Of a DNA stretch of 64,000 nt, positions 37,326 through 47,600 are shown in pieces. Origin of the DNA: Lingula anatina (Eukaryota; Animalia; Brachiopoda); assembly GCA_051362555.1 (NCBI GenBank), contig CM120648.1, positions 19,960,587 through 20,024,586 on the forward strand, written 5' to 3'. Each line of letters begins with the position of its first letter. The first letter of the stretch is position 1. The notes under the pieces were generated by a model. That model was not told where the DNA came from, searched no databases, and saw only the letters and a list, made by a program, of their open reading frames with translations. A program made the position numbers and the translations under genes.

Positions 37326-39764
37326 CCCATGATACATATGATAGGTAATTAATGTCCATATATTTGATCATTTTGGGGAAATCCAAGATGGATTGGATTT
37401 TATAGGCACTTCTAAGGCAAATGAGGGTAATTATGATATTTGTCAAAATAATTAGGGGTACACACTTGTTACCCACCAGATATATATCTCAATGTCACAT
37501 TTTGGTATTTTTAATGTGTGAATTTCAACTGCAAACAGCCTGAAGCCATTTACTAACTAAGAATTCTGAATGCCTATATACAAAGAGAAACATAGAAATA
37601 TTATTATAATTGCTGGTTTTTATGTTGATCATCATAGTCACCGCCAATTGACTGAAGACTAATGATGCCAATATATTTATATATTATTATTATTTGTTCT
37701 TACAGCACCTGTTTAAAACATCCAGAGAAACCTCTGACTTGGGCGAGTCCAGCCTTATGGATGGCAAGTCCATTGTTAAGAATATACAGAAGAAAAGGAA
37801 ATACAGCGATGACGATGATGATGATGATGATGATGACAGCAGTTACCATCATGGCAACCCTTCAACATCAAAACAAATCAAGTTGACACCAAGCAATACA
37901 TCCCCTGCTAAAAGAAAAAATGCTACATCAACTAAAAAATGGAAGACTTCAGATGATGAAGATGTACGTTCCTTTGAGCTACATGTATTCCTAGGGACTT
38001 TTCTCAAAATAATTAAAGATTTCCTTAAAACATTTTTTCACAATCTGATGATTTCATATTTTACGAATGAAATCGGTGGGTTCCATGAATATTGAGAACC
38101 TATAATTTGTGCACTTCTATCACCGACAATATTCAAGGAAAGCTGTGTTAGCTATTTTATTCTCTAATAAAGAATAATATTGCACCGAACTATGTACATC
38201 AGTATTTTCTGCTTTTTGTCTGTTCGTTTGACAGTTTTGCAGAATTGTTTGTATTTAACTTGTGTTCTTCTTCTTTTTTCTGTATTTATTATTGTTTATT
38301 ATTAATACCATTATTTCAGGACCAACTAAGATGGGGGCCAGTCTCTGGCCAGGAACGGGAGAAGCAAGGTGACGCCAACTACCAAACAAGTGGCAATTTA
38401 GTTCACGAATCCCCACCTTTACCAGTCACTGCCCACCGCCTGGAGGAACAACGTGGCGTCCACTTTCAAACAAGGAGGAAATCGGGCCATGACCCTGTGG
38501 CTACTGGGGATCAAGACCAGGGTGTCCCCAGAACAATGGAAAACCAAGCTCTTAACCCGGCCCATGGGGATAATCAGTTAGAAAGGTTACCTGCGGCAGT
38601 GACACATGAGATTGCTGGAGTTCTAAGACAGATCCCTGCTAATTCAGGCAACACAAATGTTACCCTCAATTTGCAACTGGTTAACCAATATTATAACTCA
38701 GAAAAGGCATCAATGACACACATGAAAGAGAACGATGTGTCAACATCTTTTCACAAACATATTCCTCCACGTTTGAAAAAACAACTGAATGAGACACTTT
38801 CTCAAGATGATGTATGGGACCAAGTAAAGAAGATGCATGGCATTTCAGATGAAGCCCCACGTCCTCCCGATATTGTGGCTTCTTTGTTGTCTCAAGTTAA
38901 GGGTTCTATTGCATCTTTCATCAGTGTGTTGTTAAAGTTAAAAGAACGCCACAGAGAAGGACAGCAAGACATTCCACAAAATTTGATTGATGAAGTCAAG
39001 GTAACTGACAATTTGGTCAAATGAAAGAATTAGTTTTTTTTTTCAAATTTTACACGCAAGCATACAGAATGATATCATGTTTTGGCTTCAGAGATTTTAT
39101 ATTTTGCAAACATCTGTAGTATTTGTTAAGATGCTCCTCAGCAAATCTATATCTTCAAAATCCAAGTGAAATATCATTAGAAGGTATAAAAAGGAAAACT
39201 TAATCTACATGTTGCATATTATATTTTTTATATATTTTTAAACAATTAAAAAAATTTAAAAATGCAAATATCTGCTTGCTTCCAGCAGGGTGCTCTTTCA
39301 AAATTGAAGTTTATGATAAGGTGTAAAAATGCACTTGTCTACACAGACTACTTACTTGGCTTCTTATATTTCTTTCCTAGGATGGGCTTAAGGGTGAAAT
39401 GGAGTATAAGAAACTAAAACAGAATAAGATCCACTTTTCTGAAGAACTTTATATTGATATTGGAAGTATTTTAGATTACTGTAATCAAGATGACATGGTA
39501 CCAGATGAAGAGATTACAGTGCTTAAAAATACTGCCAAGGAAAATCCACGAGATGCCTGTAGAAAGTTGTTTGAAAGACTAATTGCAAGTAACCCTGAAA
39601 AACAACCAATCAAATATTTAAAAGATGTCCTCAGAAAGTGCCAACATTGGCATCTGGCAGATGAACTAGAAGTTAGCCACCAGGATGTAGAGGATGAATT
39701 ACAGAAATATGAAGTTGGAGGTGATCGGGCTACTTGTGAAGAGCCATCAGCGATAGGAATTTAA
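2834..39764 (+). CDS. Multi-exon gene: NHL - Roc - COR - caspase - ZU5 - UPA - death-like domain - CARD protein (~2,060 aa)
   Basis: Predicted exons: 2834-3770, 11547-11777, 12227-12382, 12597-12647, 15136-15168, 15620-15658 or 15661 (weak), 16018-16263, 16649-16773, 22885-24055, 25765-25814, 26163-26333, 28549-28768, 29031-29201, 30413-30522, 30759-30861, 34381-35066, 35390-35566, 35867-36055, 37706-37963, 38320-39000, 39381-39764. All introns are GT-AG except one GC-AG. Phases match at every junction and no internal stop was seen. Confidence 0.7.
4827..4894. repeat. (TA)n microsatellite; others at ~8784-8863, ~40536-40594 and ~56772-56850; (ATT)n at ~4620-4697 and ~37275-37325
   Basis: Directly visible simple repeats. 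Confidence 0.95.
5331..7085 (+). mobile_element. Partial Helentron-like non-autonomous element with ~141-bp tandem array (6100-7085); another partial copy at ~10490-11085
   Basis: Its start CGCTGGCGGTAC.CATGGTTTTAGTCCCGACC matches 16839 onward. Unit TATCTCCAAAACTGGCAGAGATAGGTCC...GTGACCTTGAAATTGACCTTTGACCTAC is repeated about 7 times. Confidence 0.7.
7741..9720 (+). repeat. Deleted copy of the ~2.9-kb repeat family found at 41640-48990 (another part at ~12760-14120)
   Basis: Shares the TGTA.AGACACAGATGTGTCTGTACA hairpin, the (GTC)n head and long downstream blocks with 42978-45898. Confidence 0.8.
8910..9142 (+). mobile_element. Short Helentron-type (HINE/DINE-like) element
   Basis: 5' CTCTGCCAAGGAGGTTAT...TGTTTGTCTGTC, 3' inverted CTTGGCAGAGG followed by a short hairpin and a CTAGTT end, inserted in a T-rich site. 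Confidence 0.6.
11547..11777 (+). CDS. Roc GTPase exon with P-loop (G1) and switch I (G2)
   Basis: Acceptor TACCAG| (phase 1). Reads RVAIVGPYGVGKTYLAKRL (GxxxxGKT) and NTTGVNI (Roco STxG-like). Donor AAAG|GTAAGC. Confidence 0.85.
12227..15661 (+). CDS. Low-complexity insert exons inside the Roc domain (12227-12382, 12597-12647, 15136-15168, 15620-~15661)
   Basis: Symmetric phase 1-1 exons of 156, 51, 33 and 39/42 nt with AG acceptors and GT donors. They encode D/E/S/P-rich peptides (AASPDDSESPASPDKAA; AAPPASPDRAA). The last exon has a weak donor. Confidence 0.6.
14165..14543. mobile_element. MITE with ~33-bp imperfect TIRs
   Basis: CCTTCAAGAAATCGACGAAAACTGGAAGTGCAT at the left end pairs with ATGCACTTCCGGTTTTCGTCAAGATCTTGAAGG at the right end. 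Confidence 0.65.
16018..16773 (+). CDS. Roc G3 and G4 exons (16018-16263, 16649-16773)
   Basis: [29 protein letters not shown] is the canonical Roco G3/switch II signature; FWLNSI and VLIIGTHKD (G4) follow. Splice sites are canonical. Confidence 0.92.
17200..17465. repeat. ~265-bp segment repeated at ~21065-21329, possible MITE
   Basis: Two near-identical copies. The first has GAGTTAC...GTAACTC ends. Confidence 0.55.
17490..20760. mobile_element. Non-autonomous CACTA/EnSpm-like DNA transposon
   Basis: TIR CCCAGATAGCAA / TTGCTATCTGGG and 2-bp TSD TT (empty site TAGTCCCTTATATCTCC seen at ~21345). Subterminal arrays of CCGACGTCGG-type palindromes at both ends. Confidence 0.85.
22885..24055 (+). 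CDS. Roc G5 and COR domain exon
   Basis: FAISN (G5), LPVSWIKLE, HHRQGDILHF, VIIDPLWL, FLVPSML and FPTGLFHRL are typical COR blocks. Acceptor CATAG|, donor TCTG|GTAAG. Confidence 0.9.
24448..25481 (+). mobile_element. Internally deleted piggyBac-type element
   Basis: TTAA TSDs at both ends and TIR CCCTCAAG(T/A)GACC. Retains a transposase C-terminal Cys-rich relic CPSNTDRKMSHACVSCNQPVCPKH...CEDC (~24700-24810). Confidence 0.85.
25765..30861 (+). CDS. Caspase (peptidase C14A) p20/p10 exons (25765-25814, 26163-26333, 28549-28768, 29031-29201, 30413-30522, 30759-30861)
   Basis: YKNDSEPRGRALIINN, ERDGT, catalytic LSHG, GKPKMIFIQACQG, linker DEVPDA, PTMSDFL, YVSWRHTGKGTWFVQ and KQAPEIVTSLRKKVFF. 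Confidence 0.93.
26655..28310. mobile_element. Tc1/mariner-derived foldback element with ~700-bp inverted arms
   Basis: TA flanks and ends CAACATTGGTCAAAAAGGTTG / CAACCTTTTTGACCAATGTTG. Both arms carry a decayed SPDLNPIEHLW-like transposase motif (minus strand ~27155-27200, plus strand ~27765-27810). Confidence 0.8.
31230..32700 (+). pseudogene. Old Ngaro/DIRS-type RT relic in the caspase-ZU5 intron
   Basis: IDAVIAHVQHFVRGALLGISYIQDVFHILPI..VHP resembles IDDA...GALLAKxDIxxAFRxLPVHP. After an interruption come KCLPIGASCSCQIF (~32130) and ILDDICFIG (~32240). Confidence 0.55.
34381..36055 (+). CDS. ZU5 and UPA-like exons (34381-35066, 35390-35566, 35867-36055)
   Basis: ITPEGGHVHLKEVGVFLLVPPGAL...SPVVVCGPHGLTFRKPVYLSFYHC matches ZU5. 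KRLSALVFG...LKLMVCCVNDT resembles the start of the UNC5/PIDD/ankyrin UPA domain. Confidence 0.85.
37706..39000 (+). CDS. Acidic/basic linker exon (37706-37963) and linker plus death-like domain exon (38320-39000)
   Basis: KKRKYS-D10 and PAKRK motifs, then HIPPRLKKQLNETLSQDDVWDQVKKMHGIS...SIASFISVLLKL, a divergent death-domain-like helical pattern. Phase-0 GT-AG junctions. Confidence 0.65.
39381..39764 (+). CDS. Terminal exon encoding a CARD-like death-fold domain
   Basis: KLKQNKIHFSEELYIDIGSILDYCNQDDMVPDEE...PRDACRKLFERL...YLKDVLRKCQHWHLADELE follows the CARD pattern. Acceptor TTCCTAG|, stop TAA at 39762-39764, AATAAA at 39932. Confidence 0.75.
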   Translation, partial: DGLKGEMEYKKLKQNKIHFSEELYIDIGSILDYCNQDDMVPDEEITVLKNTAKENPRDACRKLFERLIASNPEKQPIKYLKDVLRKCQHWHLADELEVSHQDVEDELQKYEVGGDRATCEEPSAIGI

Positions 39765-40149
39765 GCTCCCCCACACCTGTTACAGGTGAAAACCCTATTT
39801 GACCACTTAAAACTACATGTGTACAGTGTTTGACAGTATGATTTTTATGCTGTTTGGGTCACTGTTGACTAGGAACCTATGGTGTTTTTCCACCATATTA
39901 CTTGCATGCTTTAGATATTGTTATCACATAAAATAAAGTGACTTTCTATTTCTAGTGATATTGAACAAACCTGCCGAAAATCTACAATGGCACAGTCCAT
40001 GATGCAATATAGATATTTCCCACATTTTTTACTAAGAGCATTATTTGTGCTGTGATACTCATCTGTACTAAAACACATAATGCCATGTGTAGAGGTGTCC
40101 TCAAAGAAGTATCTGCTGCTGTTTACCATCATCAGAGCCAGTGTAGACA

Positions 40150-40531
40150 TTCCAGTACTTGTAAATATTTAGCTGAAAACAATGACACATACTTAATTAG
40201 GACAATCTAATAGTTGTAAAGTACTTGTATATATTTAGCTGAAAATAATGACATATATTAAACAAGACAATCTAGTAGTTGTAAAGTACTTGTATATATT
40301 TAGCTGAAAATAATGACATATATTAAACAAGACAATCTAATAGTTGTAAAGTACTTGTATATATTTAGCTGAAAATAATGACATATATTAAACAAGACAA
40401 TCTAAATGTTGTAAAGTACTTGTATATATTTAGCTGAAAATAATGACATATATTATACAAGACAATCTAGTAATTCTAAAGTACTTGTATTTATTTAGCT
40501 GAAAATAATGTCATATACTTAATTAAGACAA

Positions 40532-40599
<68 letters not shown>

Positions 40600-41090
40600 C
40601 ACACTAACAATACTTAATTGCTACACTAGTTCTTGTAAATATTGAATTGAAAATATTCAAAATAATTAAGATGCCCTAGCACTTTTATAGTAGTTGTAAA
40701 TATTGATTTGAAACTACAAACAATACTTTATTAAGACACATTGGTAATTATTAAATACTTGTAAATATTGAATTGAAATTACAGACAATGCTTGATTAAG
40801 ACAGTGCTCTAGTACTTGTTAAGTAGTTGTAAAAATTGACTAAATACTGACAATACGAGATGAACAATATAATACTTGTAAATATTGATTTGAAAATATT
40901 GACAATACTTAAGGCTCTCTAGTAATTGCAAAATACTTTTAAATACATGACTGAAAATACTGATACCACTTAACTGAGAGCCTCCAGTAAATATTTAGCT
41001 GAAAATACCAACAATACTTAAATAAGACACCCCTGTAAAGTACTTGTAAAATACCAGTAAATTTGGATCAAAAATACTGACAACAGATAG
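40150..41090. repeat. 65-bp minisatellite, conserved to ~40535 and then degenerate
   Basis: GACAATCTA recurs at 40201, 40266, 40331, 40396 and 40461 (period 65). Confidence 0.9.
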
Positions 41091-41639
41091 TTAAATGTAC
41101 ATCTCTCTAAATAACTGATTTAATCTGGGTAAATAGTCCAGTTATTACATTAATCACCTTAACATTCATATCTTTTGACATGCATGTTAATTTCAATAAA
41201 TAAATTACACACCAGTGTTTGTCTTGTTTTCCTTTTTATGGACAGACAATGTCTGCTCTTTAGTGTTGCCTTTGCTGCACTTTCTTCATGTACATTATAA
41301 ATACACGGGGAATTCAAAGTTCCTTCAGATATTAGTGCAGATTGGATTTAACCACAGTGAAAATAATTTTGAGCTGTTTGTTAATTATCTGCCAAGCAAT
41401 GAAGTATCACAACAGCAAGGTCAATTTGTAAACAACGAACTAAAAAACTGACAATACTGTATACTTAATGAAATGAATATCCATATTTCAAAAACTTATA
41501 TTTGTGGGTTATCATTTTACATGACCTCCCCACAAATAAATATATGAAAAATTTCATCACATTCATCATGTAAAATCTTTGATCTTGTGGTATGTTCATT
41601 TCAGTACTAATAAAAAAAGAAGTTGGAAAAAATCTGCTG

Positions 41640-44600
41640 TTTTTATGTACAGACACAGATGTGTCTGTACATATAGCCATCATCTGCGTCTGTCGTTGCC
41701 GTCGTTGCCGTCGTCGCCGTGCACTTTTACCGATAACACGATAAGTGGAATACTGTTTTTTCTTTTGGCTTGAAACTTACAGAACTGATGAATATTCATA
41801 ATACGCAGGTCAAGTTCGAAAATCAGCATGATCCGGTCACTTTTAGGGAATTTATGCTGTTTTTTCACTTTTTTCAGCATATATGCAGCCCCGATAACAC
41901 AATAAGTGGAAAATCATTTTACCTTTTGGCTTGAAACTTACAGAACTGATGAATATTCATAATACGCAAGTTAAGTTCGAAAATCAGTGTGATTGAGTCA
42001 TTTTTAGTGAATTTAGGCTGTTTTTATGTACAGACACAGATGTGTCTGTACATATAGCCGTCACCTGCGTCTGTCGTCGCCGTTGCCGTTGGCGTGCACT
42101 TTTACCGATAACACGATAAGTGGAAAACGGTTTTACCTTTTGGCTTGAAACTTACAGAACTGATGAATATTCATAATACGCAGGTCAAGTTCGAAAATCA
42201 GCATGATTGGGTCATTTTTAGGGAATTTATGCTGTTTTTTCACTTTTTTCAGCATATATGCAACCCCGATAACATGATAAGTGGAAAACCATTTTACCTT
42301 TTGGCTTGAAACTTACAGAACTAATGAATATTCATAATATGCAGGTGAAGTTCGAAAATCAGCATGCTTGGGTCATTTTAAGGGAATTTATGCTGTTTTT
42401 TCACTTTTTTCAGCATATATGCAACACTGATAACACAATATAAGAAAAACAGATAGGCCAATTGTCATTATACTCACAGGAGTAGTCAAACTAACTAAAA
42501 CGCAGGTTGAGTTCGAAAATCAGCATAATCGGGCCTTTATTTTAGAAGTTATGCTGTTTTTTCACATTTCCTCAGATTCAATTCTTAGGCATGTTAACAG
42601 TCTCATTATTTAAATAATAAGATAAGTAAAAGTGTTTGTTTGATATTTCCTGCATCTTTACAACATTGTTAATTGATTGTGTAAAAATGATGGTAAACTT
42701 TTTATCGTGTATTGTGTAATAAAGTGTCAAAAATGGAAATAAACTCATATCATTGCAGTTTGTCAGATTCAATCATCCACTATGTTCAGAATTTCAGAAT
42801 GGAGGAAATTGGACATTTAACACTGTTCTATTGATATTTTTCCCATTTCATCAATTTTCTTAGTTGGTCATATAAAAATGGCAACAAACTGTTTATTTTG
42901 TTTTATGTTAAAAAAAGTGTTAAAAATGGAAGTAAACACATTTCAGAACAGTGCTGTCTTGTTTACATTTTGGCATTTTTATGTACAGACACAGATGTGT
43001 CTGTACATATAGCCATCATCTGCGTCTGTCGTCGCCGTCGCCGTGCACTTTTACCGATAACAGGATAAGTGGAAAACCATTTTGCCTTTTGATTTGAAAC
43101 TTGCAGAACTGATGAATATTCATAATATGCAGGTCAAGTTCGAAAATCGGCATGATTGGGCCATTTTTGGGGAATTTATGCTGTTTTTTCACTTTTTCAG
43201 CATATATGCAGCACCGATAACACAGTAAGTGGAAAACCATTTTACCTTTTGGCTTGAAACTTACAGAACTGATGAAAATTCTTAATGCGCAGGTCAAGTT
43301 CGAAAATCAGCATGATTGGGCCATTTTTAGGGAATTTATGCTGTTTTTTCACTTTTCAATATAAATGCAACACTGATAACACAATATAAGAAAAACGGAT
43401 TGGCCAATTGGCATATATTCACAGGAGTGGTCAATCTTACTAAAATGCAGGTTGAGTTCGAAAATCAGCATAATCGGGCCATTATTTTAGAAGTTATACT
43501 GTTTTTTCACATTTCCTCAGATTCAATTATTAGGCATGTTAACAGTCTCATTATTGAACTAATTAGATGCGTAAAAGTGTTTGTTTGATATTTCCTGCAT
43601 CTTTACAACATTTTTAGTTGATTATGTAAAAAAACATGGTAAACTTGTTATCATGTATTGTGTAATAAAGTGTCAAAAATGGAAATAAACTCATATCATT
43701 GCAGTTTGTCAGATTCAATCATCCACTATGTTCAGAATCTCAGAATGGAGGAAATTGGACATTTAACACTGTTCTATTGATACTTTTCCCATCTCATCAA
43801 TTTTCTTAGTTGGTCATATAAAAATGGCAGTAAAATGTTTATTTTGTTTTATGTTAAAAAAGTGTTAAAAATGGAAATAAACCCATTTCAGAACAGTGCT
43901 GTCTTGTTTACATTTTGGCATTTTCAAGATGTGACTTTGAAGTTCCATGGGCCTGAGGACCTTTGCTTGTCATGTTTTCTGAATGTCCATGTTACTAATA
44001 TTTTATTAATAACATTTGATGGTTATTATGCTGTTAAACATTATGTAACGTTGCATCAAAATTTGAAGAAACCCCTATTTAGGGCACTGCTCCTATGATG
44101 ACCATTTAAGGGAAAACATGTCACTTGCTGTTCTCAAACTTACAAGAAAGAAACATGGGTCTAACATACAGCCTCAGTAGGCAATGCAGTCTGTTTGGTA
44201 AATTTTTCTGGCAATTTAACAGTTTTTTGTGAAAATTTAATTTTTCACTTATTGACATTTTCAAGGTGCGACTTAGAACCTCCACGGGCTTGAAGACCCT
44301 TGCTAGTCACATTTTCTGAAAATCCATGACACGTATATTTTATCATTTAAAATTGATGGTCATTATGCTGTCAAGCATTATGTAATGTTGCATCAATATA
44401 GAAGAAAACACAATATTTGGTGCTGCTGCCATGATGACCATTATGGGAAAACGGTGTTACTTATTACTGTCAAACTTTCAAAAAAGAAACACAGGACTAA
44501 AATGCAGCCCGAGTTGGAAAAGCAGTCTAATTGGCTTCTTTTTCTGGAAGTTATACACTTAGTGAAATATTCATTATCTTTTTGGCATATTCATTGTGGG

Positions 44601-47600
44601 ACTCAGAGCTCCCATGGACATGAAGCCTAATGGTAATCAAATTGTCTACATGTCCATGCTATTTATAGTCAATAATCAAAAATTAGTGATAATTATTCTA
44701 TAATTTATTATGTAATGTTACATCAAAATTGACAATAATCTTTTTGCACTGCTACTGCAAACATTATGAAAAGAAAACTGTGTTACTTATTATTATATTT
44801 AACTTATTAGTACGATTTTTAGGATTGGCATGCAGTTCAAATTAGAAAGCCAGGTCAATTGGGTCATCATTTTTATTAAATTTATGCATTTTTTGTGAAA
44901 TTTTTTATTTTTCTCATTCTGGCACTTTCTAATTGAAAACTTGAACTCTGATGGGCCTGGAGCCTTATGCTTTTACTTTCATCAGCGTTACCTGTTGTGC
45001 ATAATTAAAATTTTATGTTGACTGTGCAGTTAAACATAATGTATTATTGCATCAGAATTGGGCAGTCTCCTGTTTTTGTGCATTATTGTTTTCTGCTTTT
45101 CTTAAGGTGTGACTTATGGGCCTGAAGACCTTTGATAGACAAATTTGTGTGGTCAGTCTGTTAATTCCCCTTGGGTATTCACAAGGCTAATTTCAGTGCT
45201 ATAAACTCATTTACCTAATTAAGTAGCCATTAATTGAAATTTCATAAAGCACACTTGTTGATATTTCCCTGTTAAGCTCTCTGCTAGATAACATAGTGTC
45301 CATATTAAGGAAGCAGTGAATAACAGCTTCATTAGAATTATATTTTTGTTGTTTCTATTTAATTTTTTCTCCAACTCTGGCATTTTTAAGATGTGATTTT
45401 TAACTCCCATCCACCTGAGGCTGTGCACATTTTCAGTATTTCCACATAAGCAGCTGTATTGGTATTTATGTCTTTAAACACAATGTAATATTATTTTATG
45501 CACTGTCATCATTTTTCATATATAGGGACTTTCATCATGTGAATTTTAACTCTCATGGTCCTGACATTGTAATCTTATTGAAAGGGTGGATTAAGACCAT
45601 CTTCTGGGTCTCCTGGAAGACAGTCAGATTTTACAGTTTATATTAACGGGTTTCTGTTGGAAGACTATCAAAATGGAGGATGGATCAACAAAGATACTTT
45701 GGAATATTGTCAGAAAATATCTCTGAATCTGCTCCTGTTATTGACCATGTTACCTGTTGTGCATGATTAAAAATCAGTGTTGACTGACTGTTCTATTATA
45801 AGCATTTATTATTGCATCAAAATTGATATAATGACCTATTTTGCATCTTTTTTTTCTGTTTTTTGTCTGTACATTTGACAGCTTTGCTGCCTTGTTTTAA
45901 TTTTTTTTCAGCATATATGCAGCACCGATAACACAATAAATGGAAAACCATTCAACCTTTTGGCTTGAAATTTACAGAACTGATGAATATTCATAATACA
46001 CAAGTCGAGTTCGAAAATCAGCAGGATCGGGCCACTTTTATGGAAGTTAAGCTGTTTTTATGTACAGACACAGATGTGTCTGTACATAGCTTGAGTATGA
46101 AAATCAGCATAATTGGGCCATTATTTTAGAAGTTATGCTTTTTTTATACATTTCCTCAGATTCAATTCTTAGGCATGTTAATAGTCTCATTATTGAACTA
46201 ATAAGATACGTAAGTGTGTTTGTTTGACATTTCCTGCATCTTTACAACATTGTCAGTTGATTATGTAAAAATGATGGTAAATTTGTTATTGTGTATTGTG
46301 TAATGAAGTGTCAAAAATGGAAATAAACACATATAATTGCAGTTTGTCAGATTCAATCATCCACTATGTTTAGAATCTCAGAATTGGACATTTTACACTG
46401 TTCTATTGATATTTTTCCCATCTTATCAATTTTCTTAGTTGGTCATATAAAAATGGCAGTAAACTGTTAATTTTGTTTTATGTTCAAAAAGTGTTAAAAA
46501 TGGAAATAAACCCATTTCAGAAAAGTGCTGTCTTGTTTACATTTTGGCATTTTCAAGATGTGACTTTGAAGTTCCATGGTCCTGAAGACCTTTGCTAGTC
46601 ACATTTTCTGAATATCCATGATACTAATATTTTATGATTAAAAATTGATGGTCATTATGCTGTTAAACATTATGTAATATTGCATCAAAATTTGAAGAAA
46701 CCCCTATTTTGGGCACTGCTCCCATGATGACCATTTAAGGAAAATCATGTCACTCACTGTTCTCAAACTTACAGGAAAGAAACATGGGACTAAAATATAG
46801 CTTCAGTAGGCAATGCAGTCTGTTTTGTAAATATTTCTGGCAATTAAATAGTTTTTTGTGAAAATAAAATTTTTCACATATTGGCATTTTCAAGGTGTGA
46901 CTTAGAACCTCCACAGGCTTGAATACCCATGCTAGTCACATTTTCTGAAAATCCATGATACATATATTTTATTATTAAAAAATTAATGGTCATCATGCTG
47001 TTAAGCTTTATGTAATGTTGCATCAAAATAGAAGAAAAGACAATTTTTGGTGCTGCTGCCATGATGACCATTATGGGAATACCTTGTTACTTATGACTGT
47101 CAAACTTTCAAAAAAGAAACACAGGACTAAAATGCAGCCTAAGTTGGAAAAGCAGTCTGTTTAGCTTCTTTTTCTGGAAGTTATACATTTTAGTGAAATA
47201 ATTATTATTATGTATTTGGCATACTCATTGTGGGACTCGCGGCTCCCATTGACATGAAGCTGAATGGTAATCAACTTTTCTACATGTCCATGCTATTTAT
47301 AGTCAATATTCAAAAATTGGTAATAATTATTCTGTAATTTTTTATGAAGTGTTACATCAAAATTAACTAAAATCTTTTTGCACTGCTACTGCAAACAATA
47401 TGAATAGAAAACTTATTATTATTTTTAACTTACAAGTATGATTTTTAGGATTGGCATGAACTTCAAATAAGATAGCCAGCTCAATTGTGTTATCATTTTT
47501 ATTAAATTCATGAATTTTTTGTGAAATTTTTATTTTTCTCATTCTGTCACTTTCTAAATGTACTCTTGAACTACGATGGGCCTGGAGCCTTATGCTTTTA

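Noticed and set aside
38640-38700. RHIM-like amyloid motif NTNVTLNLQLVNQYYN
   Set aside because: It is N/Q-rich and beta-prone but lacks the core (I/V)Q(I/V/L)G glycine, so it cannot be called from sequence alone.
2834-39764. Assigning a gene symbol such as LRRK2, DAPK1, CASP8, PIDD1, UNC5 or TRIM3
   Set aside because: Each shares only one module with this gene; there is no kinase, LRR, DED, transmembrane or RING/B-box region, so orthology is not supported.
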